A stretch of 19,866 bases of DNA, taken from NCBI GenBank assembly GCA_039679675.1, contig JBDKUN010000023.1, positions 1 through 19,866 of the forward strand, given 5' to 3'. The DNA is from Armatimonadota bacterium. GTDB lineage: Bacteria; Armatimonadota; UBA5829; DTLH01. A model generated the notes under the pieces. It was not told where the DNA came from, did not search any database, and saw nothing but the letters and a program-made list of their open reading frames with translations. The position numbers were made by a program, and so were the translations under genes. Shown in pieces: positions 8,422 to 16,907 of the stretch (position 1 is its first letter; each line of letters begins with the position of its first letter).

Positions 8422-9100
8422 CGGTTATATTCGGTTTCTCCACAGGTTCCGACCGTTCGTTCTGTTCGGTCTCCATTTCTGACATGCGTTTTTCAAGCTG
8501 GTCGAGTCTTCGCTGAAGTGCCTGGATCAGTTCACCCTCAGGATCTAGTCCGCGGCCGTGTGTCAGCGGTTCAGCCGCTATCTTTTTACCGTTTTGGACG
8601 GCTATTCTACCGGGGACACCAACGACGGTGGAATCCGCAGGTACATCCTTCAACACGACTGCGTTAGCTCCGATCCTGGCGTTATCGCCTATGGTGATTG
8701 CACCGAGGACTTTAGCTCCGCATGCGATAACTACGTTGTTCCCAAGGGTGGGGTGGCGTTTTTTCTTTTCCAGACTGACGCCTCCAAGAGTGACGCCATG
8801 ATATAAAAGGCAATTTTCGCCTATCTCGGCAGTCTCGCCGATAACGACACCCATACCATGGTCGATAAAGAACCCGTTGCCTATAACGGCGCCGGGGTGA
8901 ATCTCTATTCCGGTAAAAAAGCGGTTTATATATGAGATTATTCGAGCGAGAGTCTGCAGCCGCAGTTCCCATAAGCGGTGGGCAATGCGATGCCAGAAGA
9001 CCGCATGTATTCCTGGGTAGGATAAAACTTCCAACCAGTTACGTGCGGCTGGGTCGCATCTGAATGCAGCTCTCCAATCGCTTCGAAATGTTTCGAACAT
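8408..9100 (-). CDS. cysE: Serine O-acetyltransferase
   Basis: [43 protein letters not shown], hexapeptide repeats and VGVPGR. Overlaps the cysS start by 14 bp. Confidence 0.96.
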   Translation of the reverse strand: MFETFRSDWRAAFRCDPAARNWLEVLSYPGIHAVFWHRIAHRLWELRLQTLARIISYINRFFTGIEIHPGAVIGNGFFIDHGMGVVIGETAEIGENCLLYHGVTLGGVSLEKKKRHPTLGNNVVIACGAKVLGAITIGDNARIGANAVVLKDVPADSTVVGVPGRIAVQNGKKIAAEPLTHGRGLDPEGELIQALQRRLDQLEKRMSEMETEQNERSEPVEKPNITDATV

Positions 9101-9137
9101 TAATTAGTTTCCTAGCTGAAGTAATAACAAGCAAAAC

Positions 9138-9164
9138 GACAACATTGCTGTTGTCAATATTGAC
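9138..9164. promoter_or_regulatory. Overlapping palindromes in the cysE leader, candidate operator
   Basis: GACAACA-ttgc-TGTTGTC (9138-9155) and perfect GTCAATATTGAC (9153-9164) lie just downstream of the predicted -10. Confidence 0.4.
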
Positions 9165-9175
9165 TATAACACTCG

Positions 9176-9204
9176 AATATAACACGGACAGAGTGAAAGT
9201 TCAA
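9176..9204 (-). promoter_or_regulatory. Sigma70-type promoter of cysE-cysS
   Basis: Minus strand TTGAAC (9204-9199), 17-bp spacer, TATATT (9181-9176), preceded by TGn (extended -10). Confidence 0.6.
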
Positions 9205-9244
9205 GGTGCATAATGCAGAGCTCTCAAATTCTAAATCCGAAATA

Positions 9245-9273
9245 TTCCCTTCACTCGTCGTGTGAGGTATAAT
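9245..9273 (+). promoter_or_regulatory. Possible promoter of the GH130 gene
   Basis: Perfect TATAAT (9268-9273), with a weak -35 TTCCCT 17 bp upstream. Confidence 0.4.
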
Positions 9274-9299
9274 CTTTGGATGTTGGAGAGGTGTTCTTG

Positions 9300-10349
9300 A
9301 TGAAAATAGAAAGGTTTACCGAAAATCCAATCGTCACGCCTGCTGACGTCAAGCCGTCACGCGATGATTTTGAAGTCATATGCACATTCAATGCCGGGGT
9401 GATCCGCCATGGTGATGAGATACTTTTGCTCATGAGGGTTGCGGAGCGTCCTGTGAACCACGATCCCCGGATTGTCTCCGTTCCATTTATGAGTTTCGAT
9501 GGACTGAACCCTGCTTTGGAGATATCTGAGCTATCGCTCGATGACCCGGAGTTCGATTTCAGCGACAGCAGGGTCGTAACAGGCAAAGGGAAGGTATATC
9601 TCACATCTATATCCCACCTAAGGCTTGCAAGAAGCCGAGATGGACGCCATTTCACTGTGGAAGAGCATCCTGCGCTCAGTCCCGATAAGGCCGCGGAGGC
9701 TTACGGGCTGGAAGACCCGCGTATCACGAAAATTGACGATACTTATTACATAGTCTACAAGAGTGTTGCGCCGAGCGGTATTACTCAGAGCCTTGCAACT
9801 ACAAAAGATTTCGTGACATACGAAAAACGCGGACTGATCTTTCCTCCTGAGAACATGGATGCGATGATTTTTCCAGAGAAGATCAATGGCAGGTATGCAG
9901 CGATCCATAGACCTGTCCCCCGTATGATAGGCGAGCCGAATATGTGGGTTGCTTACTCGAACGATCTCATTCATTGGGGCGATCACAAGTTCATGGCAGG
10001 TGTGATGTCCGGCGGATGGGAAGGCGGACGCATCGGCGGCGGCGCAATCCCCTTCTTGACCGAGCGCGGCTGGCTGGAGATATACCACGGAGCGACTACA
10101 GGGCATCGTTACTGTCTTGGTGCGATGCTTATGGAAGCCGACAGGCCGGAGCGGGTTATAGCACGGACTTCGAAGCCAATTATGGAGCCGGAAGCGGATT
10201 ATGAGGTGAAGGGCTTCGTTCCGAACGTTGTTTTCACCTGCGGTGCGCTTGTGGACGGCGACCGGGTTACTGTATATTACGGCGGTGCGGATACCGTGAT
10301 AGCCGGAGCCGAAATGTCCATCAGGGACATTCTTCGAGAGCTGGAATAG
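9300..10349 (+). CDS. GH130 mannoside phosphorylase (beta-1,2-mannobiose phosphorylase-like)
   Basis: ENPIVTP, TFNAGV, LLLMRVAERP, YLTSISHLRLARS.DG, YGLEDPRIT, YAAIHRP, RIGGGA.P, WLEIYHGA, GFVPNVVFTCG and VYYGGAD: a 5-bladed beta-propeller GH130. The VAERP...YLTS insertion recalls the Lin0857/Teth514_1789 group. GGAGAGG RBS before ATG9300. Confidence 0.9.
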   Translation: MKIERFTENPIVTPADVKPSRDDFEVICTFNAGVIRHGDEILLLMRVAERPVNHDPRIVSVPFMSFDGLNPALEISELSLDDPEFDFSDSRVVTGKGKVYLTSISHLRLARSRDGRHFTVEEHPALSPDKAAEAYGLEDPRITKIDDTYYIVYKSVAPSGITQSLATTKDFVTYEKRGLIFPPENMDAMIFPEKINGRYAAIHRPVPRMIGEPNMWVAYSNDLIHWGDHKFMAGVMSGGWEGGRIGGGAIPFLTERGWLEIYHGATTGHRYCLGAMLMEADRPERVIARTSKPIMEPEADYEVKGFVPNVVFTCGALVDGDRVTVYYGGADTVIAGAEMSIRDILRELE

Positions 10350-10357
10350 GAAAGTTA

Positions 10358-10392
10358 GAGCCTGAGGATAAGTGTTTTTCATCCTCAGACTC
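10358..10392. terminator. Hairpin between the convergent GH130 and secreted GH genes
   Basis: gag-c-ctgaggat, an 11-nt loop, then atcctcag-a-ctc, within a 52-bp convergent intergenic gap. Confidence 0.55.
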
Positions 10393-10401
10393 CTATATTT
10401 G

Positions 10402-12624
10402 TTAGTTGACCTTGACCTGGAACGTTACAGTCCCTTTCGCGCCTGCAGCCAGGGATGATATAGTCCACGACACTTTTCTTGTGGTGGAATTATATGTCCC
10501 GCCTGATGAGGCGCTCACGAAGGTAGTATCTGCCGGAACAGGTGCGGAAACGACGACATTCGATGCCGTACCTGCGCCGGAATTAGTATAGGTCAAGGTG
10601 TAAGTAATAATGTCGCCGGGAGCTGCCTTGCTCTTGTCCGATGTGAGTAAAGCCGTTATTTTCGGCTCCAAAACAGTGGACCCAGCGGGTTTGATCTTTA
10701 TTCCGGCATCGACTGGCAGGTTCGATACACTCAGGGTGGCTACACCATCGCTTCCGACGGTGATACTACTCTTTGATGTAACCTGCGAACTCAGGTTAGG
10801 GTCTGTAGTGCTCCATGTCTCGACGGTGTAGCTGCCGGGAGCCATTCCCATTACCTTGATGGTCGCTGACTGGTTGGCCGGTGTCGGTATTTTAGTTGAA
10901 TCTGCATAGCGGTCAGCTGTCTGACCGTAGTAGTATATGCGATACCATGTATCCGTCAGGTTCTTTGCGTATAAATAAGCCTTAGTCGCTCCATGCAGTG
11001 CGACGACCATGACTTTGCTGTTCGAACATGTCACTTTTGGTGATGTATTGACCGGGTCGGAAACGGAATACGTTGTTTCCTGTGTAAGCCCCGCGAAATT
11101 CTCGCCTTTTACAAAGTTGACGAGCGGCCCGTAGACCCAGAACTTCTCACCACCACCGTATTTACCGTTTATGTAGTCCAATTTCCAGTGGGTCATGCTC
11201 ATACCTGTGAGCATTCCGGCCCAGATGCAGTCTTTTACATGCCTTGCAGATGTATCTACCGTATACGCTGAAGTCCAGTCAGGGAAACCACTATCACCCG
11301 GTCTTCTGTAGATCAGCCCAAACTCGGTCCAGGAGAGCGGTTTATTCCACCCATAGCGTTTGAATTGGACGCGAGCGAGCCTGTCAGCCCAGACTGCCGT
11401 GTCTTCCCACGGGAACTCCAGTGTGGAACCAAGTGTTTCCAGGTTATAATTACTTTTCAAGGTCCAGCCCCCGGTATACTTGGCATAATCGTGATAGTTC
11501 ACATAGTCCATCGAAGCATCTGTCCAGGGGATACCGCCGCCTGTCCTGAGCTCGCCGCTGCCGTTGCTGGAGGATGCAAGGTGCGGCTGTTCGGTGAACG
11601 AGTGGATGTAGTTGCCCATATCGATGTGCCAGTCCGGGGAATAGGATGTCGCTCCACCCAGTTCGTTAACGAACTCCAGGCAGACAAGGTTGGTCGAATA
11701 GCCCCATCGAGCCATCCAGTAACGGATCTTTCGCTTATATATCTCCCTTGCTGTGGAGGATGAGAAGAACCCGTTAACATCTGTGCACGGCGCATCTCTG
11801 CCGCTCACGCTGATATACTGGTTGCTGGTGTCCTTAAGGTATGTCCAGTCATCGAGCAGGAATTCGATGTAAACGCCGTTGGCGTGGGCTGTGTCTATAA
11901 GGTCATCTATGGACAGTGCTCTCGACATGCTGTAATTGTTCAGGGCTTTTGGAGTGGTTTTATCAGTTCCTACACAGTAGGGCTCGATGTTAAGGGATGT
12001 AAAGAAAACCCTCGTATAGTTAGCTCCGTAAGCTTTCATTTTAGGAAATGCCATTCCCCAGGCTGTTCCCGTTCCTCCGCTGTAGCCGGATATATCGCAG
12101 CCTATCGGATGAAACGGTGTGCTGTTCGAAAACTCGAAGAACCGTTTGTCATTTTGGTTAATGCGAACAAAGCCGGGATTCGTGGTCTGGCTCGTTACCT
12201 GAAATGTGCGCTCTGGAGATGTAGCTGTACCGCTGGAATCCTTCGCAGTTATCTTGACCTTCCAAGTGCCTGCCATTGTCGGCGCAAAACGTAGTTTCCA
12301 TGCTCCAGTGTCATACCAGAACGCCGGGTGGGTGATGGTGCTGCCGTCAGGCGCGGTAAAAACGCCGTTAACCAGTATGCCCCTCTTGTTGTAATACTGA
12401 GAACCTAGCGCGGTAGTATTAGGGTTGAACGGATTGTAATCGGTGAACGCAGTCCCGACTCCAGTGATACTGAAGGTTAGTTCGTATTTTTCATATTCGG
12501 GAACAACACCGTTCGTATAGCTCGATGTATTATCGGACAGGCTGCCGATTGTCGGCGTGGCGAGTACCGCGCCGCATGATAGTGCAAGCAAAATCGCGAG
12601 AGAGACAGTCAATCTATTGCCCAA
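10402..12624 (-). CDS. Secreted modular glycoside hydrolase: DUF5060-like Ig domain + clan GH-A (GH5-like) barrel + beta-sandwich + DUF11 domain
   Basis: AAGGAG then TTG12624; signal peptide. YEKYELTF..NPF..FTAPDG..PAFW..WKLRFAPT..GTW (DUF5060-like). IRYWMARWGYS..LEFVNE (acid/base), NYHDY and KPLSWTEFG (nucleophile). C-terminal SDKSKAAPGDIITYTLTYTNSG..ASNVVV..PVPADTTFVSAS (DUF11). Confidence 0.8.
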   Translation of the reverse strand: MGNRLTVSLAILLALSCGAVLATPTIGSLSDNTSSYTNGVVPEYEKYELTFSITGVGTAFTDYNPFNPNTTALGSQYYNKRGILVNGVFTAPDGSTITHPAFWYDTGAWKLRFAPTMAGTWKVKITAKDSSGTATSPERTFQVTSQTTNPGFVRINQNDKRFFEFSNSTPFHPIGCDISGYSGGTGTAWGMAFPKMKAYGANYTRVFFTSLNIEPYCVGTDKTTPKALNNYSMSRALSIDDLIDTAHANGVYIEFLLDDWTYLKDTSNQYISVSGRDAPCTDVNGFFSSSTAREIYKRKIRYWMARWGYSTNLVCLEFVNELGGATSYSPDWHIDMGNYIHSFTEQPHLASSSNGSGELRTGGGIPWTDASMDYVNYHDYAKYTGGWTLKSNYNLETLGSTLEFPWEDTAVWADRLARVQFKRYGWNKPLSWTEFGLIYRRPGDSGFPDWTSAYTVDTSARHVKDCIWAGMLTGMSMTHWKLDYINGKYGGGEKFWVYGPLVNFVKGENFAGLTQETTYSVSDPVNTSPKVTCSNSKVMVVALHGATKAYLYAKNLTDTWYRIYYYGQTADRYADSTKIPTPANQSATIKVMGMAPGSYTVETWSTTDPNLSSQVTSKSSITVGSDGVATLSVSNLPVDAGIKIKPAGSTVLEPKITALLTSDKSKAAPGDIITYTLTYTNSGAGTASNVVVSAPVPADTTFVSASSGGTYNSTTRKVSWTISSLAAGAKGTVTFQVKVN

Positions 12625-13131
12625 TGTTTCACTCCTTCCAAACTTCCGGAAAAGTACCAAAAAGGGCGACTAACGGCTTGTATGTTTCCGCTTCTTGTAT
12701 GTTGCGGCGTGGACTCTGTATACATTCTTCACTGAATCTGTTATTGCCGCATGATATGATACAATCAGCCGGGGATTTTTCTGGACTTTCAGGCAATGAT
12801 GAGCGGTATAAGCTGCCAGTGGCCTGTACATCACCTGAAAGTCTTTGATTTATCGTTGGAGTAGGGCAGAGAAGGAACATGGGCGACATCCTGATCAATA
12901 CCCAACCTCAGCGTTCAGTTTGTTTTGACGTGCTTAATTGTCAATTAGTTCCCGAAATGTCGTCTTTGTAATCATTAAATACTTATATATAGGCCTTACG
13001 GGCAGTCTGTTGATTTACTTTACCCAGCCATAATCCATACGAACCCAGCCCCGCACTTGGCAACCGAGCTTTCGGGTGTTATTATTGTTTGTCTTTGCTA
13101 TGTCTGGCAAGATTATACAGGAGGCGAAAAA

Positions 13132-14247
13132 TTGTACGATCCACGAATGAAAAAGCTTGCCGATGTGCTAATCGGCCATTCCACAAAAGTTAAGCCCGGT
13201 GAAAGGGTTCTTATAGATTCCGCGGAAGTCCCTGCGGAGATGATAACCCTGCTTATGGAAAGAGTTATCGAGGCCGGTGGAATACCTTTCGTAGACCTCA
13301 GCAATCCGAAAATCAGCAGGTGTTTGTATCAAAACGGTACTGCGGAACAGTTTGATGTACTCGGTAAGAAAGACCTTGAGTTCATGAAGGAAATGCAGTG
13401 CTATATAGCACTGAGAGGCTCCAGCAATATCACCGAGATGTCCGATGTACCGGATGAAAAGCTGAAGCTCGCTGATAAACACTGGAGAAAGGCTGTGCTT
13501 GACTACAGGGTCAACAAGACAAAGTGGGTTGTACTCCGCTGGCCGACTCCCTCCATGGCGCAGCAGGCCGGAATGAGCACAGAGAGTTTCGAAGATTTCT
13601 ATTTTGATGTTTGCACGCTCGACTACGACAGGATGGCAAAAGCGGAAGAACCGCTTAAAGAACGTATGCAAAAAGCTGACAAGGTCCGAATCATCGGCCC
13701 GCAGGATACAAACCTCGAATTTTCGATTAAGGGAATACCTGCAGTCCCATGTATCGGTGACAGAAACATCCCTGACGGCGAGTTGTACACTGCGCCTGTA
13801 AAAAACAGCGTCAATGGTGTAATTCACTACAATGCGCCGACCATAACCCACGGAAAGCCTTTTGACAGCATCCGGCTGGTCTTCAAAGACGGAAAAATCA
13901 TCGAAGCCACGAGTACCGATACGAAATCATTGAACGAGATTCTGGATTCTGATGAAGGCGCGCGGTACGTAGGCGAATTCTCGCTTGGATTCAATCCGTA
14001 CATAAAGAAACCGATGAGAGATATTCTCTTCGATGAGAAGATCGCAGGTTCGCTCCACTTTACCCCCGGACAGGCATATGATGAAGCCGATAACGGCAAC
14101 AGATCAAAGATCCATTGGGATATGGTGCTCATACAGAGCGAGGAATACGGCGGCGGAGAAGTTTATTTCGATGACGAACTGATCCGAAAAGACGGACGGT
14201 TCGTGCCGGACTATCTGCAGGGCCTCAACCCGGAGAACCTTGTGTAA
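13132..14247 (+). CDS. Aminopeptidase, peptidase family M29 (AmpS/AmpT/PepS type)
   Basis: DPRMKKLADVLIGHS, WPT.SMAQQAGMS, NIPDGELYTAP, DEGARYVGEFSLG, DILFDEKIAGSLHFTPG.AY and N.SKIHWDMV metal-ligand motifs. AGGAGG RBS before TTG13132. Confidence 0.93.
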   Translation: MYDPRMKKLADVLIGHSTKVKPGERVLIDSAEVPAEMITLLMERVIEAGGIPFVDLSNPKISRCLYQNGTAEQFDVLGKKDLEFMKEMQCYIALRGSSNITEMSDVPDEKLKLADKHWRKAVLDYRVNKTKWVVLRWPTPSMAQQAGMSTESFEDFYFDVCTLDYDRMAKAEEPLKERMQKADKVRIIGPQDTNLEFSIKGIPAVPCIGDRNIPDGELYTAPVKNSVNGVIHYNAPTITHGKPFDSIRLVFKDGKIIEATSTDTKSLNEILDSDEGARYVGEFSLGFNPYIKKPMRDILFDEKIAGSLHFTPGQAYDEADNGNRSKIHWDMVLIQSEEYGGGEVYFDDELIRKDGRFVPDYLQGLNPENLV

Positions 14248-14279
14248 GGTGAAGTATAGTTATAAATAAGAATGACTTC

Positions 14280-14311
14280 AGGCCGGGAATCAACACCCGG
14301 CCTTTAATTTT
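14280..14311 (+). terminator. Rho-independent terminator after the aminopeptidase
   Basis: aggccggg-aatcaaca-cccggcct followed by ttaatttt. Confidence 0.75.
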
Positions 14312-14315
14312 ATGA

Positions 14316-16598
14316 TCAGCTGTTCGGCCCCAGAACCGGAACTTGAAGAGTGAAAGCTGTACCGACATCTTTTTTGCTCGATACAGTGAGATTCGCCCCG
14401 ATTATTCTCACCATAGTTGCCACTATCGCGAGACCGATGCCGAATCCCGTCGGTTTGTGTTTTCTTGGGTAGTCCAACTGCTGAAATTCGTCGAAAATTG
14501 ACTCTATGTCGGAGTTGAGTATTCCCATGCCGGTGTCAGCTACAATTACTTCCATCCCGGTGATCCCGCTGGAGAGAATCACATTGATTCCGCCCTTATC
14601 GGTGAATTTAACCGCGTTAGAAAGCAGGTTGGTGATTATAGCGGTCAGCTTCCCCTCATCGTAAATGCCCTGCTGGGAATCGTTTTCGGATGCGACACTG
14701 ATATTGAGCCCCTTGGCTTCCAGTTGGGGACCGACAGCAAGAATGCATTTATCTACTATGGTTCGCGGACAGCATATTCTGGGGCTTAGTCCGACTACAC
14801 CGCTTTTAAGCCTGGCTATTTCAAGGATACTGCCGACCATTGTGAGAAGTTCATTGGTGCAGACAAGCATTTTTCTGAGCAGGGATGACTGTTCCTCATT
14901 GACCTGGCCGGTAAGCCCTTCGAGAATCATCTTTGCATAGCCCTGAACTGCGGTAAGAGGTGTTCGCACCTCATGTGTTATATTATTCAGGAACTGCTGC
15001 TGCAGTTGATAAGCCCGCTGCATATCCTCGTGAGCTTTTTGACGTTCCTCATTAACACGCCTCTCTTCGGTAATATCGGATATAACACCGTCCAGACACA
15101 TGATTTTGCCGTCAGGCCCAAATATGCCTTGCCCTTTTTCGAAAACCCACCTGATGCTTCCATCGGCATGAATAATCCTGTATGTTATGGAAAATTGTTC
15201 ACGTTTCGCCAGAGCTTGATATATTGTATCGGTGACTAGGGCCCTGTCTTCCGGGTGGATGATATTGGCGAATCTACGTACTCTGTTGACAAAATCAGAC
15301 GGCGGATAACCTGATAAATCTTGTATTGCATTATTGAGCAGCTGAATGGACCAATCAGGATTCATGTGGCACCTGTAAATGACATCCGGTAGGTTGGCGA
15401 CAAGAGTCCTGAACCGTTCTTCGCTTTCCCTAAGCGCTTCTTCTGCAATCTTTCGTTTGGATATATCCCTTGAGATACCCTGAAAACCGATGGATAAGCC
15501 ATTTGCCTTGATAACCGACCATGATATTTCCATCCATATGGAAGTCTGGTCTCTTTTAATCATTTTTACTTCTTCAAGGCCCTTAAGTAGATCCTGGGGG
15601 GTATTCAGAAAATATTGCAGAAATGCTTCATGTTGCATGGAATCGGATGGATCAATGAAACTGATCAGATTTTTGCCGATGCATTCATCGGGGCTATAAC
15701 CAAGCACACGCGTGACCGCTTGAGATACGAATGTGAATATCCCACGCGAATCGGTTTCCCACAAGATATCCAAGGCATTTTCTGCGAGGAGCCGGTATCG
15801 TCCCTCAGCCAGCGTAAGAGCTTCCGCTGTTTCCTTGTGTTCTGTAATGTCGCTGATTACTATGCATACAGCTTGAATATGGCCCCTCTTATTCAGGATA
15901 GAGTGCCATGACACGGATGCCCAGAATTCTGTGCCGTCCTTCCTGATAAGTTTTATCTCAGGAATACGAGAAGACACTCCATTGTTCAGCGCATTAAGGT
16001 AAGCATCGCGTGCATCCTTTTCGGAAGGGGAGATCAGAACTTCAAAACAGCAAAGGTCATTATCGTGATACCCGACCAGTTCGGTAGCGCGGCAGTTCAT
16101 ATATACTACGTTGCCCAGTTTATTGGTGAGTATAAAACCTACCGGCATTTCCTCTGCAAGTGTCTTATTGAGCCTTACTGCATTTTCCAGAACTTCTTTG
16201 TTTGTCTGTAATGAAGCAACTTCCTTAATATGTATAATCGTAATAGCAGAATCAAGAGGCCAGGGAATTGGACTTACATCAATCTTAACTACTTGTCCGT
16301 CTTTCCTGATGAAGTCGTAATCTAGAGTTTCGTTTCGCCAACTGCCGGATATACGATCCCATATCTTGTTCCTCGCCAAAGCCGCACTTTCTTCGGTCAT
16401 AATGCCAGCAAGGGTTAATCCAACAAATTCGTCTCTAGACTCATAACCAAGTAAATTGAGCGCTGATTCGCTGGCATTGACTATCTTATCTTTATGTAAT
16501 ATGATCAACGCATCCGATTTATTGCTCGATACGATTTCATCCAGCAATCTGCGAAGATTCGGGTCAGGGCTAAAGTCACTAATCAGATCTTTATTCAA
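14316..16598 (-). CDS. Soluble multi-PAS sensor histidine kinase (4 PAS/PAC + HisKA + HATPase_c)
   Basis: Repeated PAS/PAC signatures (RKDG..FW, DITE.K, DISKRK, IIHPEDR, IIHADGSIRWV), H-box NITHEVRTPL, N-box NLLSNAVKFT, G1 DTGMGI, F-box IFDEF and G2 GFGIGL. No TM helix or receiver domain. TTG start after GAGGA. Confidence 0.93.
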   Translation of the reverse strand: MNKDLISDFSPDPNLRRLLDEIVSSNKSDALIILHKDKIVNASESALNLLGYESRDEFVGLTLAGIMTEESAALARNKIWDRISGSWRNETLDYDFIRKDGQVVKIDVSPIPWPLDSAITIIHIKEVASLQTNKEVLENAVRLNKTLAEEMPVGFILTNKLGNVVYMNCRATELVGYHDNDLCCFEVLISPSEKDARDAYLNALNNGVSSRIPEIKLIRKDGTEFWASVSWHSILNKRGHIQAVCIVISDITEHKETAEALTLAEGRYRLLAENALDILWETDSRGIFTFVSQAVTRVLGYSPDECIGKNLISFIDPSDSMQHEAFLQYFLNTPQDLLKGLEEVKMIKRDQTSIWMEISWSVIKANGLSIGFQGISRDISKRKIAEEALRESEERFRTLVANLPDVIYRCHMNPDWSIQLLNNAIQDLSGYPPSDFVNRVRRFANIIHPEDRALVTDTIYQALAKREQFSITYRIIHADGSIRWVFEKGQGIFGPDGKIMCLDGVISDITEERRVNEERQKAHEDMQRAYQLQQQFLNNITHEVRTPLTAVQGYAKMILEGLTGQVNEEQSSLLRKMLVCTNELLTMVGSILEIARLKSGVVGLSPRICCPRTIVDKCILAVGPQLEAKGLNISVASENDSQQGIYDEGKLTAIITNLLSNAVKFTDKGGINVILSSGITGMEVIVADTGMGILNSDIESIFDEFQQLDYPRKHKPTGFGIGLAIVATMVRIIGANLTVSSKKDVGTAFTLQVPVLGPNS

Positions 16599-16693
16599 GT
16601 TGCTTCCTCAACCGGTCAGATTTTTTATAATCACATATATATCGGGGAAACGCAGCAATACTAAAGTATATCCTGCCCAAAGGAAGAAGGTCA

Positions 16694-16727
16694 ATTTTAC
16701 GTAATAGTTCATTTTACGTAATAGTTC
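16694..16727. repeat. Perfect 17-bp tandem duplication (attttacgtaatagttc x2)
   Basis: Identical units at 16694-16710 and 16711-16727, each containing the palindrome TTACGTAA, about 100 bp upstream of the kinase start. Confidence 0.9.
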
Positions 16728-16813
16728 ACTCTTGGCTAGAGTAAATTAGAAGACAGTAGCCTGTGGCACTCAGTAAAAGTATCGAACCCCCGCAGATTCC
16801 AGGTGCCGAAGAT

Positions 16814-16838
16814 GCACATTAGGATCATCCTGATGTGC
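16814..16838. repeat. Near-perfect 25-bp palindrome in the ATPase-kinase intergenic region
   Basis: gcacattaggat-c-atcctgatgtgc: 12-bp arms with one mismatch. Confidence 0.6.
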
Positions 16839-16907
16839 CGTCGATGTGCCAGATGATACGGCATCATACGAGACCAGACTGCACTAATATAATCTCTTCA
16901 ATTTACG

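Noticed and set aside
9618..10382. 254-aa minus-strand ORF
   Set aside because: Antisense shadow of the GH130 gene, with atypical composition and no motifs.
12525..12898. Short ORFs 12525-12848 (+) and 12629-12898 (-) in the long intergenic region
   Set aside because: They have non-ATG starts, no convincing RBS and no recognisable domain, and they overlap the GH start region; not supportable as genes.
13168..13851. 227-aa minus-strand ORF
   Set aside because: Antisense shadow of the M29 aminopeptidase.
16089..16097. NCR tripeptide in the kinase PAS2, suggestive of a LOV photoreceptor
   Set aside because: It sits at the PAS 'YMN' helix-cap position, not in a GxNCRFLQ context. The equivalent site in the neighbouring PAS reads GKNLISF, with no Cys.
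16764..16791. tRNA 3'-half-like string on the minus strand (GGGGG-TTCGATA-CTTTT-ACTGAGT-G-CCA)
   Set aside because: The spacing mimics T-arm, acceptor and CCA, but the T-stem would need four G-U pairs, and no complementary 5' acceptor strand (ACTCAGT) or D/anticodon arms exist upstream on that strand. Probably chance; tRNAscan-SE/ARAGORN would settle it.
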